Below, one piece after another: positions 26,909 through 36,062 of a stretch of 64,000 bases of DNA. Position 1 is the first letter of the stretch, and every line of letters starts with the position of its first letter. Origin of the DNA: an uncultured Gammaproteobacteria bacterium (GTDB taxonomy: Bacteria; Patescibacteriota; Microgenomatia; UBA8517); the NCBI GenBank assembly GCA_964599625.1, contig CAZRGC010000003.1, positions 3,816 to 67,815 on the forward strand. Direction: 5' to 3'. The notes beneath the pieces were generated by a model. The model was not told where the DNA came from. It saw nothing but the letters and a program-made list of their open reading frames with translations, and did no database searches. The translations under genes and the position numbers were made by a program.

Positions 26909-28119
26909 TTAAAAACAGTAAACTTCAGAATTTTTTTTTGGTTCTTTTTGTTTTTTTGCTCCCGACACAATTGGCTCTACATTTTTGGCCTAGCTTTGCT
27001 TTTGTTTACGGGATAAGGATAGACTATCTGGCTCCCACAATCTATTTAACTGACATATTATTTGCTTTATATGTTTACCTAGCAAAATCGAATCTTGTTT
27101 TAGTTTTTTCCAAATACAAGAAAACAATTTTAATCCTAACAACCTTTCTTGTTGTAAACTGTTTTTTTTCTACAGACAAAGCACTGTCAATAATCAAATC
27201 ACTAAAATATTTAGAAGTATTTTTTTTGTTTACTGTTATTCAAGTAAATAATGATAAAAACTTTAAAAAAAGAATTGTAACCACTTTAGTTTTTTCTGCA
27301 TGTTTTTTTTCTGCAATTGGAATTGCTCAAGTTTTGTTGGGAAAGACCACTGGTTTATTTTATTTACTGGGTGAAAGATCTTTTAATGTTTCTTCACCTG
27401 GTATAGCTCTTGTCTATGCTTTCGGAAACACCTTATTGAGGGCATATTCGACTTTTTCTCACCCCAACTCTCTTGCTGGGTATTTGGTAGTAGTTTTGCT
27501 TGTTTCGCACTTTGAAAATCTGCAAAAATATGGATTTTTTTATCGCTTCTCTTTGTTTATAGTGTGGGTTTGCTTATTGCTAACTTTTTCTTTTTCAGCC
27601 TTTGTTGGATTACTTTTTTCCTTTCTGGTTTTTTCGTTTTACACTAAAAATAAAAAAAATTGGTTAACCACTTTAAAATTGTTGTTTACGTTGTCACTTT
27701 TTACACCACTTTTTGTCAACAAGGTTTATTCATTATTTTCTACTTTTGGAACATCAGTAACAGAAAGACTTGACCTTGCTTTCATCTCTGGGCAAGTAGT
27801 CGCTAGCAACTACTTATTTGGTAGCGGACTAAATACATTTATACCAATGATTACCAAAAGTACAGGTGTACTAGGAAAATTCTGGTTACTTCAGCCTGTT
27901 CATAATATATTTTTATTAACTTTTGCTGAATTAGGTTTTTTGGGAACTATTTATTTTTACTTAGCTTTGTTTAAAAAGTTTGCAAATAGTAACAAGTTTA
28001 TTTTTACCTTAGTAAGTTTTGTTATGGTGACCGGACTTCTGGACCATTATTGGCTTACGTTACAGCAAAATCTATTAATTGCAGGTTTGGTTTTTGGTCT
28101 ATATCAAAGTAAAAACTGA
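26905..28119 (+). CDS. Polytopic membrane protein, O-antigen ligase/Wzy-like family candidate
   Basis: About 12 TM helices with one large periplasmic loop near the C-terminal third. Typical of Wzy_C/O-antigen-ligase-like proteins common in CPR. Confidence 0.4.
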   Translation: MIKNSKLQNFFLVLFVFLLPTQLALHFWPSFAFVYGIRIDYLAPTIYLTDILFALYVYLAKSNLVLVFSKYKKTILILTTFLVVNCFFSTDKALSIIKSLKYLEVFFLFTVIQVNNDKNFKKRIVTTLVFSACFFSAIGIAQVLLGKTTGLFYLLGERSFNVSSPGIALVYAFGNTLLRAYSTFSHPNSLAGYLVVVLLVSHFENLQKYGFFYRFSLFIVWVCLLLTFSFSAFVGLLFSFLVFSFYTKNKKNWLTTLKLLFTLSLFTPLFVNKVYSLFSTFGTSVTERLDLAFISGQVVASNYLFGSGLNTFIPMITKSTGVLGKFWLLQPVHNIFLLTFAELGFLGTIYFYLALFKKFANSNKFIFTLVSFVMVTGLLDHYWLTLQQNLLIAGLVFGLYQSKN

Positions 28120-28211
28120 AAATCTAAGATAAACTTCCACACAGAGCAAAATATTTTACAAAAATTAAACAATCAAAATGTTTAATTCGATGCTACACTA
28201 CTAATTGTCAT

Positions 28212-28622
28212 ATGAGTTTAACAATACACACAGACGGCGGCTCCAGAGGGAATCCCGGCCCTGCTGCATCGGCTTACGTAATCGAAGATGGACCCAAGTT
28301 GGTAAAAGAGGGTTCTGTTTTTTTAGGAATAACTACAAATAATGTTGCGGAGTATATGGGTGTAATAGCGGCCCTAGACTGGTTGCTTCAAAATAAAAGA
28401 AGTGATTGGAATGAAATTTTTTTTATACTTGACTCAGAATTGGTGGTTAAACAACTTAAAGGCGTTTACAAAGTGAAAGATGTAAATTTACAAAGCTTGC
28501 ACAAAAAAATTTTGGAAAAAATAATTTCTTTAAAAATTAATACCAACTTTAAAAATGTCCCAAGAAGTTTAAACAAGAGAGCTGACTTTTTAGTAAACCA
28601 AGAGTTGGACAAAAATATTTAG
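28212..28622 (+). CDS. rnhA: Ribonuclease HI
   Basis: TDGGSRGNPGPAASAYV...AEYMGVIAALDW...FILDSELVVKQL...KRADFLVNQ, i.e. the DEDD catalytic motifs of RNase H1. Confidence 0.85.
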   Translation: MSLTIHTDGGSRGNPGPAASAYVIEDGPKLVKEGSVFLGITTNNVAEYMGVIAALDWLLQNKRSDWNEIFFILDSELVVKQLKGVYKVKDVNLQSLHKKILEKIISLKINTNFKNVPRSLNKRADFLVNQELDKNI

Positions 28623-28772
28623 TTCGGTGAAATTTTGGTCAGAATTTCACGTTCTTGGAGTGAGTAAGAACAAATTTAAAACTTGCCCACTTGAAAACAA
28701 TCCTTGCGTTTTATAGCCGGGTGTATAAAAATTTTTAGTATTGCGTTAATTGCATAGCCAATGTGAATCTAT

Positions 28773-31433
28773 ATGGAAAATCGTGAATTCTACGCTTCAC
28801 AAAAACTTTTTGTCTGTTTTTACTCAGAGCCAAACTTTTTTTCACTTAGTGTTTTAGAAAATCTTCTGTCTAAAAATTGCATAGTAAACATAATTGCAAA
28901 AGATACGGATACTTGGAAGAAAAACACCTATCATCTGGACAAAACAAAATTCGGGATAACACCTGTTGGTAACAACTTTGTTAAACAAACATATAACTAC
29001 GCTATATATTTTGGTGGTTTTTTTGACAAGACAAAAGCTTATACCGGATTGGAAGATTTTTATGCGGACCAAGCAATCAATGGAGTTAAAACTTTAATAG
29101 CAATGCCGTTCGAGTCTTTTGAAGAAAAAAAACATCTTGAACTGCCAATAGGACACAATACCGCGGTTGTTTATATTGGTGATCTGATCGGACCAAGATT
29201 GGATTTGGATAGCAACCTTTTTGTTTCAAGAAACATTAGTGACATTTTATTTAAAAGAAAAATAACGGTGGAAATAGGGGAGTCAATTTTTCCAATATTT
29301 GTTTATGACGCATCCAAAATTGTATCCAAATGGTTGTTATCCTTTGGGCCATACGGAAAAACCACCTTTTGTTTGGGAAAGAAAGTAACAGCTACTACTT
29401 TTTGGAAAGAAAACCAGAAATTAATCCCAGAACTGTCACTTTCGTATGACAATACAATTCAACCCAGAGTTATTCCAAAGAACTTTGACGTAAAGTATTT
29501 CGACACCGACTTAAGATTTTGCCTACAGGAAACGTACAGGCATATAAGCAACTCTTGGGAAGAGCGTAATTTTAAGGCACCCAAAAAACAACCAAAACCA
29601 AAAATTGTCATTAAAAAGAAAAAAATAAAAATTGCAATTAAAATTCCAAGATTTGTTAAACCTTTAATACTGTTGATTGTACTAATTTTGATCACACCTT
29701 TAGTGACAACGGGTGTGGGGGCGGGAATCATGTATTCCAACTACAAGAATGTAGTATCCGGTAAAAACAAAAATAACGAAAACTCTTTATTGTTGGCAAA
29801 AACCCTTTTTAATATAAGTAAAAAAGAAAGCGCGCTTCTTATGTATGTTCCAATTGCTAATACTATTTATAGAGAAACATACTACATATCTTGGTTGGGA
29901 ATAAATGTTTCAGATTTGGCAGTTGAGCTTTTGCCAATATCCCAAAGTACAGGAGATTTTTTGGGTAAAGTTTTAGGTAATGAAATATACGACCCGTCTG
30001 AGTATTCGTCAAAAATTAAGACCGCTTTGGATATTTTTTACAAAAAGCTTTCCCTAATAGAAATTGAAACTTTAAATCAAGCGTTAGATGGGGGTAAGGT
30101 TGCTAAAGAAGTTGAAACAAAAGTGGATTTTGATCGTTTAAAAACTTTAACTTCAAAAGGTGGGGTACTTTCAGATAACTTGTCTGATATTTTGGGAAAA
30201 AGCAGCAAAAAATCTTACTTAGTTCTTTTTCAAAATAATATGGAACTGAGACCCACGGGTGGTTTTATCGGTTCTTTTGGCATAGTAAATTTTCAGGGCG
30301 GCAGGATGACAGAATTAAGCATAAACGATGTTTACTCTGCAGATGGTCAACTAAAAGGACATGTTGAGCCTCCGGCGCCAATCAAAAACTACTTAGGAGA
30401 GGCTAACTGGTGGTTAAGAGATTCAAATTGGGATCCCGATTTTTCAACTTCTGCACAAAGGGCTGAGTGGTTTCTTGATAAAGAACTTGACCAAACAGTT
30501 GATGGGGTTTTAGCGGTTGACCTGAATCTTGTTAAAGAAATTCTAAGGTACACGGGCCCAATTTTCTTGCCGGACTATAACTTGGACATATCCTACGAAA
30601 ATTTGTACGAAAAAACTCAAGCCGAAGTTCACGAGGATTTTTTTCCCGGAACACACAAAAAAGCTAGTTTTTTAACAGCACTTTCAAGAAGTCTTTTGTC
30701 TGAAGTAACTAAAATGGACAACAAGGGAAAGATCCGTGTGCTGAAGGCAATATTTGAAAATCTTGAAGGAAGACATATCCAAGCTTATCTTCATAACACC
30801 GAGTCGCAAAACGCTATTTCCGAAGTAGGTTGGGGAGGTGGTATAGCAGGAACTTCTTGTGGGAGCGACTGCGGGGTTGATTTTTTGGGGCTGGTTGAAG
30901 CTAATGTTGGCGTCAACAAATCAAACTATTTTATAAAAAGAGCGGTTGATCTAAACGTCATATTAAGGCCGGGAGAAAGTGAAAAAAACTTATCTTTAAA
31001 AATAGTAAATTCGGCAAACCCTGCCCTTGGTGTTACCGGTCGCTACAAAGTGTACTTGAGGCTTTTGGTTCCAGCAAACAGCAGTTTGGTGGGTGTTGAG
31101 AGAATTGTTGGGATCAACAGGGAATCCCTGACTACAGAGACATCTGAGCTTAAAGGACGTAAGGAAATAGGAATAATCACCGAGGTTTTGGCTGGAACCA
31201 CACAAACACTGTTGTTTAAATGGAGAACAGAACTCGATTACTCTAAACCAGATTATGGCCTTTTTGTACGTAAACAGGGCGGAGTCGGAGACGATCCTTG
31301 GGGTGTCAAAATTATCCCTGACGGGGTATTGGTTAGTACACCCGCACTTTTTGGCTTGACCAAAGAGGGGTACTACACGTATAATATGAACCTGAAACGG
31401 GATTTTGCGACTGTAATAAAAAAGCAAACATAA
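28773..31433 (+). CDS. Large membrane protein with a DUF4012-like extracellular domain (cell-envelope/polysaccharide associated)
   Basis: N-terminal cytoplasmic domain, a TM helix near aa 290-310, then YLVLFQNNMELRPTGGFIGSFGIV..., which matches the hallmark start of DUF4012. Confidence 0.5.
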   Translation: MENREFYASQKLFVCFYSEPNFFSLSVLENLLSKNCIVNIIAKDTDTWKKNTYHLDKTKFGITPVGNNFVKQTYNYAIYFGGFFDKTKAYTGLEDFYADQAINGVKTLIAMPFESFEEKKHLELPIGHNTAVVYIGDLIGPRLDLDSNLFVSRNISDILFKRKITVEIGESIFPIFVYDASKIVSKWLLSFGPYGKTTFCLGKKVTATTFWKENQKLIPELSLSYDNTIQPRVIPKNFDVKYFDTDLRFCLQETYRHISNSWEERNFKAPKKQPKPKIVIKKKKIKIAIKIPRFVKPLILLIVLILITPLVTTGVGAGIMYSNYKNVVSGKNKNNENSLLLAKTLFNISKKESALLMYVPIANTIYRETYYISWLGINVSDLAVELLPISQSTGDFLGKVLGNEIYDPSEYSSKIKTALDIFYKKLSLIEIETLNQALDGGKVAKEVETKVDFDRLKTLTSKGGVLSDNLSDILGKSSKKSYLVLFQNNMELRPTGGFIGSFGIVNFQGGRMTELSINDVYSADGQLKGHVEPPAPIKNYLGEANWWLRDSNWDPDFSTSAQRAEWFLDKELDQTVDGVLAVDLNLVKEILRYTGPIFLPDYNLDISYENLYEKTQAEVHEDFFPGTHKKASFLTALSRSLLSEVTKMDNKGKIRVLKAIFENLEGRHIQAYLHNTESQNAISEVGWGGGIAGTSCGSDCGVDFLGLVEANVGVNKSNYFIKRAVDLNVILRPGESEKNLSLKIVNSANPALGVTGRYKVYLRLLVPANSSLVGVERIVGINRESLTTETSELKGRKEIGIITEVLAGTTQTLLFKWRTELDYSKPDYGLFVRKQGGVGDDPWGVKIIPDGVLVSTPALFGLTKEGYYTYNMNLKRDFATVIKKQT

Positions 31434-31452
31434 CGCGTAAACATAACAACAA

Positions 31453-32124
31453 ATGAGCAAACAAACACTTAAAGCAGAAAAAAGAGAATTGGTGGGCAGG
31501 AAGGTTAAAAGCCTCAGAAAACAAGGCCTGGTTCCTGCAAACATATTTGGAAAGAAAATTGAGTCTTTGGCGGTTCAGGTGGATCTTAAAGCCTTTGATT
31601 TGGTTTACAAGGAGGCAGGGGAGACTGGTTTGGTAGAACTTTCAGTAGGCACTGATAAAAGACCTGTTTTGGTGCATGGTTTACAACTTAACCCAAAGAC
31701 CGACGAGGTTGTGCATATTGATTTTCTTCAGGTAGACCTTAAAGAGAAAGTTGAGGCACAAGTTCCTGTAGAGGTTTTTGGAGAATCACCTGCCGAAAAG
31801 CAGTCCATTGGTACAGTTGTTCAGCATATCAACGAGATAACTGTAGAGGCGCTTCCTGCAGACTTACCAGAGAAATTTGAAGTTGATAAATCGGTTTTGG
31901 AGACTGTAGACCAAGCGGTGTTTGTTAAGGATCTTAAGGTTGATAGTTCTAAGGTAACCATAATAAACAACCCCGACGATATAGTTGTTAAGGTTGAGCC
32001 ACCACAAAAAATAGTAGAGGAAATTGTAACACCCGCAGAAGGTGAAACCGGGGATACTTCAAACATTGAAGCGGCAACTGAAGCCGGGTCAGAAGACAAG
32101 CCCGCCGAAGAAGCTAAGGAATAA
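31453..32124 (+). CDS. rplY: 50S ribosomal protein L25 / general stress protein Ctc
   Basis: LKAEKRELVGRKVKSLRKQGLVPANIFG...VHIDFLQV plus a C-terminal acidic extension. Confidence 0.85.
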   Translation: MSKQTLKAEKRELVGRKVKSLRKQGLVPANIFGKKIESLAVQVDLKAFDLVYKEAGETGLVELSVGTDKRPVLVHGLQLNPKTDEVVHIDFLQVDLKEKVEAQVPVEVFGESPAEKQSIGTVVQHINEITVEALPADLPEKFEVDKSVLETVDQAVFVKDLKVDSSKVTIINNPDDIVVKVEPPQKIVEEIVTPAEGETGDTSNIEAATEAGSEDKPAEEAKE

Positions 32125-32389
32125 CGTAGTTTGGATCTATCTCCAAAGCCTCTCCTTTGTTGCCAACTTCTAAATGACCAGGTATATAATTTGGATGTTT
32201 TTGTAAAAAGTCCTTCCAAAAGTCTTCTTTACTCAATAGTGGGGAGTTTTCTGTGCTTAACCCAAGTACTTTGTTAGTTTTTGTATATATTGAAATATTG
32301 ATTGCGGAAAGAATGATTATGATCAATACAAAAGATGTTATAAAAAAATGCCATATATTTTTAGATACTTTGAATTTCCCTGTTTGCAT
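32114..32389 (-). CDS. Small single-TM protein, hypothetical
   Basis: 91-aa ORF with one strong TM helix, filling an otherwise 280-nt gap. Weak support. Confidence 0.25.
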   Translation of the reverse strand: MQTGKFKVSKNIWHFFITSFVLIIIILSAINISIYTKTNKVLGLSTENSPLLSKEDFWKDFLQKHPNYIPGHLEVGNKGEALEIDPNYVIP

Positions 32390-32403
32390 CGTTCTGAAAA
32401 AGA

Positions 32404-33291
32404 GTGCTAATATGGATTATGGATCCAAACAATCAAAATCCGCAAGTGGGAGACATAGCAAAACTTGAAGAAGACTTGCAGAAACTCAACTCTCAGGCCT
32501 TACCCACACAAGAAGCAGCGACAAGTACGGTTGTAAGTTCCGTAAATACAACAGCACCCGTATCGTTAACTAATACACAAACTCCAACCTCCCCTCCGTC
32601 AAATACCCAAGTTGACGCACCTGTGACACAGTCACCAACAGTTCCTCATGGTTTTCCTACAGCCATTCATAATGGACAAGTAGCAGAAACTGTTAATGCT
32701 ACTGCGCAAAATCCCGCTTTTTCAAATCCTGCTTTCAATCAAAGTCCTCCTCAACCAACAGAAGTAAAAACGAGTGAACCAGGCACCAACCCTCCCGGGA
32801 AAAAGAGTAATCTTGTTTTGACTATAGCCTTTGTCCTTATGGCAGTAGCTGTGTTAGCGGCGGCAGCTTATGCTATCGGAAACAGTAGCAAAAAAAGTGA
32901 TCAAATGAGCGAAGCTGCTCCCACAACAACTTCTGTAACAGCCACTCCCGTCTCCTCTACCGAAAGTGCAACCCCAGCAGCTTATGAAAGTTCTACATCA
33001 TCACCTTCAGCCTCAACTACTCAACCAAAAACAGTTGAAATAAAAAACTTTGCTTACTCACCCGCAACTTTAAATGTAAAAGCTGGTGAAACAGTAACCG
33101 TAAAAAACAGTGATTCGGTAGCACACAGCCTAACTGAAGACACAAGTTTGTTTGACACTGGACTTATTCAACCAGGTGAGTCAAAGACCTTTATCGCCCC
33201 GACAAAAGCAGGATCATACAAGGTACACTGTGTACCCCACCCAAGTATTACCGGAACTATAGTTGTTGAGGAGTCGGGAAATCCGAGCTAA
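32404..33291 (+). CDS. Membrane-anchored cupredoxin (plastocyanin/azurin-like) protein with long S/T/P-rich linkers
   Basis: C-terminal ~90 aa reads TVEIKNFAYSPATLNVKAGETVTVKNSDSVAHSLTED...GSYKVHCVPHPSITGTIVV, the cupredoxin fold with His/Cys/His ligands. A TM helix lies near aa 135-158. Confidence 0.6.
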   Translation: MLIWIMDPNNQNPQVGDIAKLEEDLQKLNSQALPTQEAATSTVVSSVNTTAPVSLTNTQTPTSPPSNTQVDAPVTQSPTVPHGFPTAIHNGQVAETVNATAQNPAFSNPAFNQSPPQPTEVKTSEPGTNPPGKKSNLVLTIAFVLMAVAVLAAAAYAIGNSSKKSDQMSEAAPTTTSVTATPVSSTESATPAAYESSTSSPSASTTQPKTVEIKNFAYSPATLNVKAGETVTVKNSDSVAHSLTEDTSLFDTGLIQPGESKTFIAPTKAGSYKVHCVPHPSITGTIVVEESGNPS

Positions 33292-35335
33292 TAATTAGTT
33301 CTTCGTGTCCAATCTCTTTCCAAACTGCTTCTGTTACAAAAGGCATAAATGGATGTAGAAGTTTAAGTGACGTCTCATAGACAGACAGTAGTTTGTTTAC
33401 TGCCTGGATGTTTCCTTCTTTATATTTTTGTTTGTTTTCTTCAATATACTTATTGGCAAGTTCATTCCATACAAAGTTATAGATTTTCTCAGCAGCTTCA
33501 TTCAACCTGAACTTTTCAAAATCATCGTTTATATTTTTAATCAACAAGTTGAGTCGCTCGTCTATCCAGTCGTGGTTCAGGGGACCTTTTGAACTTCCCA
33601 CCCCGTTCATCTTGATAAACCGTGCAATATTCCAAATTTTGTTAGCAAATTTCCTTTGACCGTTTATTTTTTCTTCTGAAAGCGAGATGTCGTTTTCAAC
33701 TAGACCTCCCCATATAAGGCCCATACGCAAAGCGTCTGCTCCGTATTTATTTGCCATTTCAATGGGGTTGATAACATTCCCTTTTGATTTACTGATTTTC
33801 TGTCCGTCTTTATCCCTGACCAAGCCATGCAAAAGAACATTCTCAAAAGGGGTACGGCCAGTGGCATAAATTCCCAGCATCATCATTCTGATTACCCAAA
33901 AAGGCAGAATATCATAGCCCGTTTCCATAACAGATGTTGGGTAATACTTTTGAAAATCGCCTTCTTTGGTAGTTTTTAGTGTTGCAAAAGGCCACTGGCC
34001 GGAAGAGAACCAAGTGTCAAAAGTGTCTATATCCTGTGTGAGATTAATCTTGCCGCAAGACCGACAATCGTCGGGTGTGTCTCCATCTGTTATGGTCCAT
34101 TCACCACAGTCACTACATAGGTAGGCAGGGATTCTTATACCCCAAACAATTTGTCGGCTAATATTCCAATCTTTAAGATTTTTTAACCAATGCTTGGCAA
34201 TTTTTTCGTATTTTTTGGCTGCAAATTTTGTTTCACCTTTTTTTATACTATCGAATGCCTTTTCTGCCAAAGGTTGGACTTTCACAAACCATTGGGTTGA
34301 AATCATGGGTTCTAATGTGCTGTGGTCCCTGTAACAAGTTCCCACCTGATGCGTAATTTTTTCAGTTTTCACTAATTTACCCTCTGTCTCCAAATCCTTT
34401 GCAACCTGTTCGCGCGCAGCTTCAGCCTTCATTCCCAAATATTTTTCTGGTGTGCCTGTCATGCGTCCCTTCTCGTCAATTACCGTAATTCGCGGTAATT
34501 TGTGCTTTTCACCAATTTCAAAATCTGTTGGGTCGTGAGCTGGTGTAACTTTCAACCCTCCCGTTCCAAAAGTTATATCTACCACATTATCAGCGATTAC
34601 GGGAATTTCGCGGTTAATTATTGGGATTAATGCTTTAGTTCCTATTAGTTTTTTGTATCTTTTATCATCGGGATGAACAGCGATTGCAGCATCGGCAAAA
34701 ATTGTTTCCGGTCTTGTTGTGGCAATGGTGATAGAACCATAATCCAAGTAAAAAATATTATCTTCCCTTTCGACATAATCTACTTCAAGCTGAGAATAAG
34801 CGGTTCCGCATTTTGTGCAAAAATTAACAATACGTTCGCCTCTGTACAACAAGTTGTCGTCGGAAAGTTTTTTGAAAGTGGAATAAACAACTTTGACTAT
34901 TTCGGGGTCTAAAGTAAATTTAAATCTTGACCAGTCACAAGAGGCCCCTAAGCGTTTAAGTTGTTCCTCCATAACACCTGTATTGTCTTGGACATAGTCC
35001 CAGATTTTTTTGTAAAGGGTGTCGCGGTCAAAATCGAACCTGCTTTTGCCTTCTTTCCCAAGTTTTTTCTCAAAAACATATTGTGTTTCAATTCCTGCAT
35101 GATCAGACCCGGGCAGCCAAAGTGTAGAATCTCCTTTCATTCTGTGGTATCTCACCAGGGCGTCTTCTATAGCCACAAACCTAGCGTGCCCAATATGCAA
35201 AGGATCGTTGGCGTTTGGTGGAGGCATAATGATGGTGAAAGGTTTCCCTGTTTGGGAAGGAGCAAATGAGTCCGTTTTTTCCCAGGTGTCATAAATTTCA
35301 CTCTCGTATTTTTTATGGTCGTATTGTGGATCCAT
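33257..35335 (-). CDS. valS: Valine--tRNA ligase (compact form)
   Basis: HIGH-region PPPNANDPLHIGHA (ValRS-type), KMSKS as KISKSKGNVINP, and the anticodon-domain motif LHPFMPFVTEAVW. Start re-set to the ATG at 35335 (MDPQYDHK...); the track's 35374 start is a GTG inside a leader hairpin. Confidence 0.8.
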   Translation of the reverse strand: MDPQYDHKKYESEIYDTWEKTDSFAPSQTGKPFTIIMPPPNANDPLHIGHARFVAIEDALVRYHRMKGDSTLWLPGSDHAGIETQYVFEKKLGKEGKSRFDFDRDTLYKKIWDYVQDNTGVMEEQLKRLGASCDWSRFKFTLDPEIVKVVYSTFKKLSDDNLLYRGERIVNFCTKCGTAYSQLEVDYVEREDNIFYLDYGSITIATTRPETIFADAAIAVHPDDKRYKKLIGTKALIPIINREIPVIADNVVDITFGTGGLKVTPAHDPTDFEIGEKHKLPRITVIDEKGRMTGTPEKYLGMKAEAAREQVAKDLETEGKLVKTEKITHQVGTCYRDHSTLEPMISTQWFVKVQPLAEKAFDSIKKGETKFAAKKYEKIAKHWLKNLKDWNISRQIVWGIRIPAYLCSDCGEWTITDGDTPDDCRSCGKINLTQDIDTFDTWFSSGQWPFATLKTTKEGDFQKYYPTSVMETGYDILPFWVIRMMMLGIYATGRTPFENVLLHGLVRDKDGQKISKSKGNVINPIEMANKYGADALRMGLIWGGLVENDISLSEEKINGQRKFANKIWNIARFIKMNGVGSSKGPLNHDWIDERLNLLIKNINDDFEKFRLNEAAEKIYNFVWNELANKYIEENKQKYKEGNIQAVNKLLSVYETSLKLLHPFMPFVTEAVWKEIGHEELIISSDFPTPQQL

Positions 35336-35499
35336 ATACAAAACCAGGTATTGAAGGGTGAGCCTGGGGCTCACGGTACCACCTTGCAGTTACTCATTTA
35401 ATCCGCTTAAGTTTCTTTTCGGCGGTAAGCTCCTTTGGGGACTGGCCAAAGTCAAGCGCTTAAGGGCTATTATATCCTTTTTGAAAATATCCGACAAGT
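35336..35499 (-). promoter_or_regulatory. valS leader with a T-box-like motif and terminator/sequestrator hairpin (candidate T-box riboswitch)
   Basis: The minus-strand RNA contains AAGGUGGUACCGUGAGCC (12/14 match to the T-box core AGGGUGGNACCGCG). It overlaps the 5' arm of a 7-bp hairpin GUGAGCC-CCA-GGCUCAC (plus-strand 35358-35374). It lies upstream of an aminoacyl-tRNA synthetase gene. Confidence 0.35.
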
Positions 35500-36060
35500 T
35501 TAGTCTTCGTATGTATATTTCACCCATGGAGTGTTTTTAACAAAGCCACATCTTCTTAAGATATCAATAGATGCCTCGCGGTGTTTGCCATTGACCACCT
35601 CGCCATTTCTTATTTGGATTTCGTCATTCTCGAACAATGATTCATAAACAGGTTGTGAGGAAATCACCATTCCAAGCCCGTAAAGATAGCCTTCCAAATC
35701 GTGAGTGTGGTAAGCAAGATCTAATACTTTAGGGTTTTCATTGGCATAATCACGGAATCTATCGGTGAATGAACTAAAAGATGGGTAGTCGGTAGGCTTC
35801 ACAGGTGTGGTTTTTCTGTCAGCAAGTGAAGTAACAAAGCCAAGCCATGATTTAAGATCTATGGTGCCATCCTCATTCAAAACATTAAGCTTTTTGAGGT
35901 GTTGAGTTAGGGTTTTACGAATTTGTTTAGCGGTTGTTTTATCTTCGGCTCCTTTTTCAATTAACCAAGCCCACATGGCATCAATCTGATCTTTGAGAGT
36001 TTCCTGCTCTTTGTAACTTAAACTTTTATCACCACCTTCGCCAAATCCTTCGTAACTCAT
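35500..36060 (-). CDS. Hypothetical soluble protein (186 aa)
   Basis: Clean ORF with conserved operon-like spacing upstream of the valS leader. No recognisable motif. Confidence 0.4.
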   Translation of the reverse strand: MSYEGFGEGGDKSLSYKEQETLKDQIDAMWAWLIEKGAEDKTTAKQIRKTLTQHLKKLNVLNEDGTIDLKSWLGFVTSLADRKTTPVKPTDYPSFSSFTDRFRDYANENPKVLDLAYHTHDLEGYLYGLGMVISSQPVYESLFENDEIQIRNGEVVNGKHREASIDILRRCGFVKNTPWVKYTYED

Positions 36061-36062
36061 TG

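Noticed and set aside
30996-31544. 182-aa minus-strand ORF spanning the DUF4012 gene end and the rplY start
   Set aside because: It overlaps two well-supported plus-strand genes. The translation is Cys/Leu-rich antisense-type.
35372-35374. Track start of valS at 35374
   Set aside because: Positions 35372-35374 read GTG on the minus strand, inside the leader hairpin. ATG at 35335 gives the HIGH motif at the canonical distance, so 35374 is treated as UTR.
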